Source: Acidimicrobiales bacterium | GTDB lineage: Bacteria > Actinomycetota > Acidimicrobiia > Acidimicrobiales > Bog-793 | DNA length: 64,000 nt | Direction of reading: 5' to 3' | NCBI GenBank assembly: GCA_035533595.1 | Contig: DATLTN010000061.1 | Coordinates: forward strand, 27,116 to 91,115 | Shown here: positions 36,031-44,023 of the stretch, one piece after another | How positions within the stretch are numbered: position 1 is the first letter of the stretch | Layout: every line of letters starts with the position of its first letter | Translations under genes and position numbers: made by a program | Notes under the pieces: generated by a model | Databases searched by the model: none | Seen by the model: only the letters and a program-made list of their open reading frames with translations | What the model was told of the DNA's origin: nothing

Positions 36031-37041
36031 GTGGAGTTCGGGATCTTCGACCACGTCGAGCGCCGCGGCGCTGACGCCGCCGCGGTCTACCGTGACCGCC
36101 TCGCCCTCCTCAGGGCGGCCGACGAGGCGGGCTACTTCTGCTACCACGCCGCCGAGCACCACGGCACGCCCCTGTCACTCGCGCCCTCGCCGGCGCTGCT
36201 GCTCGCCGCGGCGGCGACGGTGACCTCGCGGATCCGCCTCGGCCCGCTCTGCTACGTGCTCCCCCTCTACGACCCGCTGCGGCTCATCGAGGAGGTCTGC
36301 ATGCTCGACCAGCTGAGCGGGGGCCGCCTCGAGCTCGGCATCGGGCGGGGGGTCTCGAGCGTCGAGATGAACTTCTTCGGCATCGAGATGGAGGAGAGCC
36401 GCAGCCGCTTCGAGGAGACGCTCGCGATCCTGCTCCGCGGGCTCAGCGAGGAGGAGCTCTCCCACGAGGGCGAGCACTTCAGCTACGACCGCGTCCCGAT
36501 GGCGCTCGCTCCGCTGCAGCGCCCGCACCCGCCGATCTGGTACCCGACGAGCAACCTCGAGAGCGTCCCGTTCGTCGCCGCGCAGGGCTACCACACGATC
36601 TTCCAGGGCTCGCTCGAACGCGTCGCCGCGCAGGTCGAGAGCTACCACGCGCACGCCGCGGGGGAACTCGCCGGGCGCAAGATCGGCCTCCTGCGCTTCG
36701 TCGTCGTCGCCGCCGACGACCGCACCGCTTACGAGCGCGCCGACCGGGCGCTCGCCGCCCACCTCGCCCACCTCGACTACCTCTCGCACTGGCAGGGCGC
36801 CAAGCGCACGATCAGCCGGGTGCGCAACGTCACCCTCCCCGAGGACGCCGCGCAGGCCGTCGCGAGCGGCTGGGGGGCGATCGGCTCGCCCGAGACCGTG
36901 ATCGAGCAGATCGCCGCGATGCGCGAAGCGACCGGCTGCAACTACCTCGTCTACAACCCCCTCCTCGGCGAGACCCCCCTCGCGGAGGGGCTCGAGGCGG
37001 TCGAACGCTTCGCCGGCGAGGTCCTGCCCGCCCTGGCCTGA
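36031..37041 (+). CDS. LLM-class (luciferase-like) flavin or F420-dependent oxidoreductase
   Basis: FGIFDH...HHGTPLSLAPSP...LDQLSGGRLELGIGRG pattern; 336 aa. Confidence 0.85.
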   Translation: MEFGIFDHVERRGADAAAVYRDRLALLRAADEAGYFCYHAAEHHGTPLSLAPSPALLLAAAATVTSRIRLGPLCYVLPLYDPLRLIEEVCMLDQLSGGRLELGIGRGVSSVEMNFFGIEMEESRSRFEETLAILLRGLSEEELSHEGEHFSYDRVPMALAPLQRPHPPIWYPTSNLESVPFVAAQGYHTIFQGSLERVAAQVESYHAHAAGELAGRKIGLLRFVVVAADDRTAYERADRALAAHLAHLDYLSHWQGAKRTISRVRNVTLPEDAAQAVASGWGAIGSPETVIEQIAAMREATGCNYLVYNPLLGETPLAEGLEAVERFAGEVLPALA

Positions 37042-37101
37042 CCGAAGGGAGCGGCGCCGGGGGGATGCGCCGGTGCGAGACTGACCCCGACAAGGAGGGG
37101 C

Positions 37102-39051
37102 ATGGCGAGAACCGCACCGTACGGATCCTGGAGCTCCCCGATCAGTGCCGAGCTGCTCGTGCAGGAGGCGGTCGGCCTCTCCCAGGTCCTCGCGGCGGAC
37201 GGCTACTGCTACTGGAACGAGCTCCGCCCCTCCGAGGGGGCGCGCAACGTGCTCATGCGGCGCAGCCTGAGCGGCACAGCCGAGGAGGAGCTCCTCCCCG
37301 AGGGCTACTCGGCGCGCAGCCTGGTGCACGAGTACGGGGGCCTCTGCTACGCGCTGCACGGCGGGGAGCTCTACTTCTCGAACTTCTCCGACCAGCGCCT
37401 CTACCGCCTGCGCCCCGGCGGCGAGCCGCGGCCGATCACCGAGGCCCCCGCGGTGGCGCGCGCCGTGCGCTACGCGGACCCCGTCGTCACCCCCGACGGG
37501 GCGCACGTGATCTGCGTGCGCGAGCGGCACCAGATGGAGGGGGTGAGCGGCGCCTCGGGGGTGGAGAACGACCTCGTCGCGGTGCCCACCGACGGCCTCG
37601 GCCCGGTCACCGTCCTCGCCGAGGGCCACGACTTCTACGCCGCCCCCCGCCTCTCCCCCGACGGCCGCCGCCTCGCCTACCTCACCTGGGACGACCCGCA
37701 CATGCCCTGGGACGAGAGCGCCGTCTACCTCGGCGAGCTCGACAGCGCGCTGCGCCTCGTCGCGCCGCGCCTCGTCGCCGGCGGGCCGGGGATCTCCATC
37801 TCCCAGCCCCGCTTCTCGCCGGAGGGGGTGCTGCACTACCTCTCGGACGACTCGGGCTTCTGGAACCTCTACGACGAGGAGGGCTCTGGCCTCGCCCCGC
37901 TCCCCGCCGAGTTCGGCGGCCCCGACTGGGTCTTCGGCCAGTCCTCCTTCGCCTTCACGCCGACGGGGCGGCTGCTCGCGGTGTGCGCGAGCCCCGGCGG
38001 CGACGAGCTCGGGGTGATCGAGAAGGGGGCCTTCTCGCCGCTTCCCCTCGAGTACAAGTCGGTGCACTCGCTCGCCGCCACCGAGGAGGGGGTGGTCGCC
38101 CTGTGCGGCTCGCCGACGCTCCCCCTCGCCGTCGTCGCCGTCGCCGAGTCGGGGCGCAGCCAGGTGCTGCGCGAGAGCCGCGCCGCCACCGTCGCCGTCG
38201 ACTACCTCTCCGTGCCGCGCGCCATCGAGTTCCCGACGACGGGGGGCGGGCGGGCGCACGCGCTCTTCTACGGCCCGCGCAACGCCGAGTACATCGGCCC
38301 CTTCGGTGCCCGCCCTCCCCTCATCGTGCAGAGCCATGGCGGCCCCACCGCACAGGCGAGCGCGCTCTTCGACCTGAAGATCCAGTTCTGGACGAGCCGC
38401 GGCTTCGCCGTCGTCGACGTCGACTACCGGGGCAGCACCGGCTACGGGCGCGCCTACCGCGAGGAGCTCGCCGGCGGCTGGGGCATCGCCGACGTCGAGG
38501 ACTGCATCGCGGCGGCCCGCCACCTCGCGAAGGAGGGGCGCGTCGACCGCAACAAGCTGGTGATCCACGGCGGCAGCGCCGGCGGCTTCACGACGCTGTG
38601 CGCGCTCACCTTCCACCGCGTCTTCGCCGCGGGGGCGAGCTACTACGGGGTCTCGGACCTCAGCGCGCTGGCGCGCGACACCCACAAGTTCGAGGCGAAC
38701 TACCTGGAGAAGCTGGTCGGCCCCTACCCCGCCGCGGCCGAGACCTACGCCGAGCGCTCGCCGATCCACCACGCCGAGCAGCTCTCGAGCCCGGTGATCT
38801 TCTTCCAGGGCATGGAGGACGCGGTCGTCCCGCCGGCCCAGACCGAGGAGATGTACGACGCGCTCCGCAGGAGGGGGATCGCGACCGCCTACCTCGCCTT
38901 CCCCGGCGAGCAGCACGGCTTTCGGCGCGCCGAGACGATCATCGCCGTCGCCGAGGCCGAGCTCTCCTTCTACGCCCAGGTGCTCGGCTTCACCCCCGCC
39001 GACGAGGTGCCGAAGGTGGCGATCGCCAACCGCACGACGCTCATCCACTGA
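37102..39051 (+). CDS. S9 family serine peptidase (prolyl oligopeptidase/dipeptidyl peptidase type)
   Basis: N-terminal propeller-like half. C-terminal alpha/beta hydrolase with nucleophile GGSAGG and catalytic His in GEQHGF. AAGGAGG SD. Confidence 0.88.
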   Translation: MARTAPYGSWSSPISAELLVQEAVGLSQVLAADGYCYWNELRPSEGARNVLMRRSLSGTAEEELLPEGYSARSLVHEYGGLCYALHGGELYFSNFSDQRLYRLRPGGEPRPITEAPAVARAVRYADPVVTPDGAHVICVRERHQMEGVSGASGVENDLVAVPTDGLGPVTVLAEGHDFYAAPRLSPDGRRLAYLTWDDPHMPWDESAVYLGELDSALRLVAPRLVAGGPGISISQPRFSPEGVLHYLSDDSGFWNLYDEEGSGLAPLPAEFGGPDWVFGQSSFAFTPTGRLLAVCASPGGDELGVIEKGAFSPLPLEYKSVHSLAATEEGVVALCGSPTLPLAVVAVAESGRSQVLRESRAATVAVDYLSVPRAIEFPTTGGGRAHALFYGPRNAEYIGPFGARPPLIVQSHGGPTAQASALFDLKIQFWTSRGFAVVDVDYRGSTGYGRAYREELAGGWGIADVEDCIAAARHLAKEGRVDRNKLVIHGGSAGGFTTLCALTFHRVFAAGASYYGVSDLSALARDTHKFEANYLEKLVGPYPAAAETYAERSPIHHAEQLSSPVIFFQGMEDAVVPPAQTEEMYDALRRRGIATAYLAFPGEQHGFRRAETIIAVAEAELSFYAQVLGFTPADEVPKVAIANRTTLIH

Positions 39052-39097
39052 GCGGGCGCGCGGGCAGGCCCGTGCCCGGCCGCCCCCGGCCCGTGGC

Positions 39098-39664
39098 TCA
39101 GCGGGGCGTGCGACCGAAGAAGGCGGCGAGGCGGTCGAGGGGCGGCGCGTCCGCGGCGAGCTCGACGGGGACGCCGAAAGCGCCGCCGGGCTCGCGTGGC
39201 CGGCCGGCGAGCATCTCCTCGTAGAGGGCGATGCAGCCCGGCACGAGCGCCTCGGGAAGCACCGCCGCCGACTGCCCGGTGGCGTTCGCGAGGTCCCAGC
39301 CGTGCACCATGTACTCGTTGGTCCGCATCGCCGCGAGGCGAGCGCCGCTCACGGCGCCGAGGCGGTGCCCCTCGTAGCTGGCCTCGAGCGCCCCCGGCTC
39401 GCCGAGCGCGCCGACGAATTCTCCGAGCGCCGCCCGGTAGGCCGCCGCCGGGTCCTCGCCGAGCTGGTCGACGCTGCGGTCGGGCGCGGGCTCGGCACGC
39501 AGCATCGTCGTGAACCACTGCGTACCGGTGACGACGTGGTTGAGCAGCGCGCGCACGTCCCACTCGCTGCAGGGCGTCGCCGCGGCGAGCTGTGCGGCGC
39601 TCGTGCCGGCGACGAGCTCGCCGAAGGCGCTCCCCGCCTGCTGCAGGTCTTCCAGGCTCCCCAC
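39098..39664 (-). CDS. DinB/MDMPI_N-like metal-binding protein (TIGR03086-like, from memory)
   Basis: TPCSEWDVRALLNHVV N-domain and MVHGWDLA motif; 188 aa. Confidence 0.65.
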   Translation of the reverse strand: MGSLEDLQQAGSAFGELVAGTSAAQLAAATPCSEWDVRALLNHVVTGTQWFTTMLRAEPAPDRSVDQLGEDPAAAYRAALGEFVGALGEPGALEASYEGHRLGAVSGARLAAMRTNEYMVHGWDLANATGQSAAVLPEALVPGCIALYEEMLAGRPREPGGAFGVPVELAADAPPLDRLAAFFGRTPR

Positions 39665-39748
39665 GGCGCCCCCCTTCCTCGGTCGCGCCGATGGTACGTG
39701 CGGCGAGAAGACGCTGTCGCTGCGGCCTGCGGCACGGGGCGGAGCCGA

Positions 39749-39754
39749 TAGCTT
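39749..39754 (+). promoter_or_regulatory. candidate -10 TAGCTT, 6 nt before the ATG of the secreted protein (leaderless geometry)
   Basis: TANNNT-N6-ATG(39761), no SD. Confidence 0.3.
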
Positions 39755-39760
39755 GCTCGC

Positions 39761-40465
39761 ATGCGCAGATCCCTAGCCACCTCGCTCGCGCTCGGCCTCG
39801 CCGGCGCCCTCTCGCTCTCGGCGCTCCCCGCCGGGGCCTCCGCCCCCACCGCGACCTCGGTGCTCGGCGCGGCGAAGAAGGCGATCGCCGGCGAGTCCGG
39901 GGTGCACATCGTCGTCGCCGCCGTCTCGGGCAAGACCAGCAACAAGGTCGTCGCCGATCTCGGCGCCAAGACCGGGATGGAGTCGGTGACGTCGGGCAAG
40001 GCGCAGGCGACGGTGAAGGTCACCGACAAGGCCGCCTACATCGGGGGCAACTCGACGGGCCTCACCTCGCTGATCGGCCTCACCGCCGCGCAGGTGAAGA
40101 AGGTCGGCAAGCTCTGGATCTCGGTGAAGTCCGGCACCAGCGAGTACACCCAGCTGAAGACCGAGACGACGATCGCCGCCGTCGCCAGCATCCTCCCGAA
40201 CGCGACCGGCACGGCGCTCACGACCGGTCAGGCCGGGACGAGCCCGCTCTACATCTTGAAGTGGACCGTCGCCGCCACCTCGACCGCGCCGAAGCTCTCC
40301 GACACCGTGAAGCTGCAGGCCAAGGGGGCCACCCTCCCCGTCGAGGAGGACGAGACCGACTCCGCCGGCTCCGGCTCGACGAAGTTCACCAAGTGGGGCG
40401 AGCACGTCTCGATCAGCCCGCCAGCCACCGCCTCGACGATCGATATCTCCAAGGTCACCGGCTGA
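39761..40465 (+). CDS. secreted protein of unknown function
   Basis: Signal peptide MRRSLATSLALGLAGALSLSALPAGASA with an AxA site. A Lys/Thr/Ala-rich beta-type mature part follows. No lipobox Cys. High GC3. Confidence 0.6.
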   Translation: MRRSLATSLALGLAGALSLSALPAGASAPTATSVLGAAKKAIAGESGVHIVVAAVSGKTSNKVVADLGAKTGMESVTSGKAQATVKVTDKAAYIGGNSTGLTSLIGLTAAQVKKVGKLWISVKSGTSEYTQLKTETTIAAVASILPNATGTALTTGQAGTSPLYILKWTVAATSTAPKLSDTVKLQAKGATLPVEEDETDSAGSGSTKFTKWGEHVSISPPATASTIDISKVTG

Positions 40466-40553
40466 TCTCGTCGCCGGTAGGTCGCGAGGTAGCGACCCCG
40501 GCGATCCTCTCTCGCGGCCGGGCCGACCGGCTCGCACCGCGAAGGAGGATGCG

Positions 40554-41213
40554 ATGGCGACGTCGCTCGATGGCTTCCACTTCGGCTCGACCTTCCGGCT
40601 GCTCGCCTGGGAGGACCCCGTCGGCGAGGTCGCCGGCGTCGATCCCCGCTCGAGCTACGTGACCCGCTACTGGCTCCCCTTCCTCGGCCCCTCGACGACC
40701 CTCCTCCTCGGCCTGCTCGCGGCGCGCCTCGACGCCTTGCCCGCGGGCTGTGAGCCCGAGGTCGCCGAGCTCGCCTTCGCGCTCGGCCTCGGCCAGCACC
40801 CCGGACGCCACGGGCCGCTGCTGCGTGCCGTCGCCCGCGCCGTCGACTTCCGCCTCGCCGCGGTGCGCGGCGCGGGCACCCTCGCCGTGCGCCGCCACCT
40901 CCCGCCACTGCCGGCACGCCTCGCGGCGCGTCTCCCCGAGGGTCTCGCCGCGGAGCACGCCGCGCTCCTCTCCTCGAAGAGCCCGGCGCTCCCCCTCGAC
41001 GCGCTCGCCCGGCGCGGCCGCCAGCTCGCCCTCAGCCTCCTCGAGCTCGGCGAGAGCGCGGACGAGGCCGAGCGCCAGCTGCTGCGCTGGCGCTTCCCGC
41101 CGCCGCTCGCCCGCCACTGCGCCCGATGGGCGGCGGCACAGCGCGCCGGCGCGGACGATCCCGCGGGCCTCGCGGCGGTGCTCGTCTCGAAGCCCACGGG
41201 GACGGGTCGCTGA
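40554..41213 (+). CDS. hypothetical cytoplasmic protein (219 aa)
   Basis: GAAGGAGGA SD 5 nt upstream. Leu/Ala/Arg-rich, helical-looking, with an RYWLPFLGPSTTLLLGLL segment. I cannot name a motif. Confidence 0.5.
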   Translation: MATSLDGFHFGSTFRLLAWEDPVGEVAGVDPRSSYVTRYWLPFLGPSTTLLLGLLAARLDALPAGCEPEVAELAFALGLGQHPGRHGPLLRAVARAVDFRLAAVRGAGTLAVRRHLPPLPARLAARLPEGLAAEHAALLSSKSPALPLDALARRGRQLALSLLELGESADEAERQLLRWRFPPPLARHCARWAAAQRAGADDPAGLAAVLVSKPTGTGR

Positions 41214-41233
41214 CCGAGCCCCGCGACGCGCAA

Positions 41234-41272
41234 CTGCCGACGGAACGGACAGATCGTCCGCTCCGTCGGCAG
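41234..41272. terminator. 39-nt near-perfect hairpin between convergent genes
   Basis: CTGCCGACGGA-A-CGGAC-AGATC-GTCCG-C-TCCGTCGGCAG: 11 bp, then 5 bp, with a 5-nt loop. No clear U-tract. Confidence 0.55.
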
Positions 41273-41306
41273 CGACACAGCTACCTCTTCGTGTCCTCCC
41301 GCTGAC

Positions 41307-43718
41307 CTACCGCACCGCGGCCGGGAAGACGGCCACCTTCGCGCCCTGGATGCGGGCGACGACGCTCATCCGGTAGTAGGTGAACGAGCCGCTGTTCGCA
41401 AAGCTCGTGACGCCCGCCGGCGTGAGACGGAAGGCGACGCGGCCATTCTTCCCGGCACCGAGCGACACCTTGGCGGTGGCGAGCGCCACGTGACGGACGA
41501 CCATGTGCTTGCCGACCATGTGGTTACGGGCCACCGTCAGCGCCGCCGTGCCCTGGCAGAGGACGCCGGCCCGGCAACTGAACATCATCGTCACCTGCTT
41601 GGGCGACTTGATCTTGCCCACGGTCCGCACGAGGCCGGCCCTGGGCGTCGCGGCGATGACGAAGGCGGGGTCGTAGCTGAAGGGGATGGTGGTCATGCCG
41701 GAGTGGGTCGCAGTGGCGTTCAGGTGCAGGCCCGTGGGGACGACCTGGTAGATGGAGTCGCCACGGTGGATCGTCTTGTCGAGCACCACCAGTCTGATCG
41801 GCTTGCTCGCGGGCGGCGAGGTGCCGGACGGCGTGACCCACGAGATCGCGAAGCCGAGCTCGTAGCCCTTACCCTTGGGCAGTTCACTGGCGAGCGTCGT
41901 GCTGACGAGGATCGGATAGAGGCTGACGACCGTGCCCGGCGGCAATGCGCCGGGGGGAATCGTGAGGGTCGCCGAACCGTTGGAGTCGGTCGCCTTCAGC
42001 GTGGTCGCGAGACCGGCGACCACGGTGCCGGTCGTCGGCGTGCCGACAGACGAAGCGCTGATACCAACGGGGAGGGGCGCGCTGCCCGCCACAACGGCGA
42101 GCGAGAGCGCCGCGGTCGCCGACTGTGCCGGCGGTCCGTTGTCAGAGACCTTGAAGGTCACCGGCGAGGCGCCGACCGCGGTCGGCGTCCCGGAGATCAC
42201 CCCTGCCGAGCTCAAGCTGAGACCAGCGGGGAGTGACCCTGAGCTGACCGAGTAGCTGAAGTTGCCCGAACCGCCCGAAGTGGCGAGCGAGGAGGAATAG
42301 CTCACGCCGGTGGTCGCGGCCGGAAGGCTCGAGGTCGTGAGGGCGAGCTGTGCGAGAGAGGTGAACGCCAACGGCAGCGTCTTGATCGGCGTGCTGGTGT
42401 CGTTGTACTCACCGGCGGCCGTGCAGACTCCCGAGACGGGACAGGAAATTGCCGCCGGTGAGGAGAACTCGCTCATGGCGACCGTGGTCGCGTTCGCCGG
42501 CGCCACGAGCGCAGTGGGGGTAGCGAAGGTACCGGAGGTCTCCGTCGCCATCATCGAGGCTCCGTCAAAGGTGGCGTCGAGGGTGTAGCCCCCGACCGCG
42601 GTGCAGTTCCCTGGGCTCGTGCAGCTGACGCCGTTCATCGTGGCGGCCTGATCGCCGGGGATGCTCACGGCATTGGACGGAAGGCCGAGCTGCACCGACG
42701 GCGCGAAGGTCCCCGAGCTCTGCGTCGACGTCAGCGGCTCGAAATCGCCCGCCGCGTCGGTGAAGAAGCCAACGGCGGTGCAGTTACCGGCGCTCGGGCA
42801 ACTGACCCCCGTGAAGTTGGCGGTCCGCTGGCTCGAGGGAGCGGCGGAGGGAGGCGCCACGAGCGCAGCGGCGCCGAAGGAGCCGCCGTTTTGCGTGGCG
42901 ACCATCAGCGACAGGGTGCTGGCGGTGTCCGCGTAGTTACCGACCGCTGTGCAGTTGCCTGCGCTGGTGCAGCTGATGGAGTGGAGGGTGCCGGTGGGGT
43001 TCGTCGAAGTCGACGCGGGGCTGGCGACCTCGACGGCGGTCGACCAGCCGCCCGAGGTCTCGTTGAGCGACATCGCCTGCTGGTTCGAAGGAGCGATGGC
43101 GTAGTCACCGACAGCGGTGCAGTTGCCGACACTCGAGCAGCTGACCGCGTCAAGCTCGGCGAACTGCTGGCCGACAGTGGCGAATGCGTTGGCGGGGAGG
43201 GAGGCCTCGACGGCTGTCGCGGCGGTCCCGTTCGCGATGGTGACCGCCATCGTCTGCTCAGAACCCGTGGAATCGGTGTAGTTGCCGACTGCGGAGCAGT
43301 TGCCGACGCTCGAGCAGCTGACGCCGTTGAGCGAGGCGGTCTGGGCTCTGGCGGTCGCCATTGCGTTGCCGGGGAGGGCGACCTCGACGGCGGTGGCGAA
43401 GGTACCGCCTGTCTCGGCGACGGCCAAGCCCTGCTGGTTATTGGCGGTGTCGGTGTACTGGCCGACCGCCACGCAGTTCCCGACCGAAGCACAGCTGATG
43501 TTGCTGAAGAAAGCGCTGGGCGAGGAGGTGTTGGCGTTCGCCGGCAGTTGCAGCGTGACGCCCGTGTTGAAGACGGCCGTCGCCGCGGAGGCCGCGAGCG
43601 GTGCCACCACGAGGGAAGTACCGACGAGGGCCCCGAGGCCAGCGACGACACCGAGGGCCCGCAGGCGCAGTCGCGCATGGCCACGGCCGCTTTCAGGCGC
43701 GGGGCGCGAACGACTCAA
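41307..43718 (-). CDS. secreted repeat protein: seven Cys-x5-Cys repeats, one He_PIG-type Ig domain and an unknown C-terminal domain
   Basis: ORF 41307..43814. Start placed at TTG 43718 because the upstream codons are A/T3-rich. Signal-like [30 protein letters not shown]. Repeats are built on [VI]SCxSxGNCxAVGxY. Ig motif: [21 protein letters not shown]. Confidence 0.75.
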   Translation of the reverse strand: MSRSRPAPESGRGHARLRLRALGVVAGLGALVGTSLVVAPLAASAATAVFNTGVTLQLPANANTSSPSAFFSNISCASVGNCVAVGQYTDTANNQQGLAVAETGGTFATAVEVALPGNAMATARAQTASLNGVSCSSVGNCSAVGNYTDSTGSEQTMAVTIANGTAATAVEASLPANAFATVGQQFAELDAVSCSSVGNCTAVGDYAIAPSNQQAMSLNETSGGWSTAVEVASPASTSTNPTGTLHSISCTSAGNCTAVGNYADTASTLSLMVATQNGGSFGAAALVAPPSAAPSSQRTANFTGVSCPSAGNCTAVGFFTDAAGDFEPLTSTQSSGTFAPSVQLGLPSNAVSIPGDQAATMNGVSCTSPGNCTAVGGYTLDATFDGASMMATETSGTFATPTALVAPANATTVAMSEFSSPAAISCPVSGVCTAAGEYNDTSTPIKTLPLAFTSLAQLALTTSSLPAATTGVSYSSSLATSGGSGNFSYSVSSGSLPAGLSLSSAGVISGTPTAVGASPVTFKVSDNGPPAQSATAALSLAVVAGSAPLPVGISASSVGTPTTGTVVAGLATTLKATDSNGSATLTIPPGALPPGTVVSLYPILVSTTLASELPKGKGYELGFAISWVTPSGTSPPASKPIRLVVLDKTIHRGDSIYQVVPTGLHLNATATHSGMTTIPFSYDPAFVIAATPRAGLVRTVGKIKSPKQVTMMFSCRAGVLCQGTAALTVARNHMVGKHMVVRHVALATAKVSLGAGKNGRVAFRLTPAGVTSFANSGSFTYYRMSVVARIQGAKVAVFPAAVR
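42400..43510 (-). repeat. seven tandem coding repeats, period 168-180 nt
   Basis: Repeat cores (…GTAGTTNCCGACNGCNGTGCAGTTGCC… on the + strand) lie near 42405, 42585, 42763, 42933, 43101, 43278 and 43455. Confidence 0.7.
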
Positions 43719-44011
43719 ATAGAAAAAGCGATGCAAGTTGACTCCCAATGCAAAGAGGGCGACGACGCCACACCAATTGTCGGAGCGCAACGCAATTCGC
43801 TTGTTCCAAAGCAAGTATAGCGGGTTTCATTACGATTTCCAGTAGCGCTTCGTTCGATCTAGAGCGGCGACCTCTTTCCGCAAAGTCGTGGCCCGTGAAT
43901 TTCCGATCGCGCAGCCAGAGCGATACAGCCGCTCACTCGCGAGAGGTGCTGCAGCGAACACGCCGGTTTCGACGAAGAGCGGAGGTGTCCAGCCCGGCTG
44001 AGGTGGACCGG

Positions 44012-44017
44012 TAACGT
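44012..44017 (+). promoter_or_regulatory. candidate -10 TAACGT, 6 nt before the metH GTG (leaderless geometry)
   Basis: TANNNT-N6-GTG(44024), no SD. Confidence 0.3.
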
Positions 44018-44023
44018 GCCGAG

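Noticed and set aside
40036-40221. A 61-aa hydrophobic minus-strand ORF inside the secreted-protein gene.
   Set aside because: It is fully antisense to a gene with a clear signal peptide and GC3-rich codon usage. It has no SD and an A/T-poor third-position pattern opposite to expectation.
43860-44023. A cobalamin, SAM or SAH riboswitch in front of metH.
   Set aside because: There is no B12 box (GCCACTG-like). There is no SAM-IV/SAM-I core that I can recognise, and only a loose resemblance to the SAH GAGGAGCGCUGC box without the complementary 3' strand. metH also fits the leaderless TANNNT-N6-GTG geometry, which leaves no 5' UTR.
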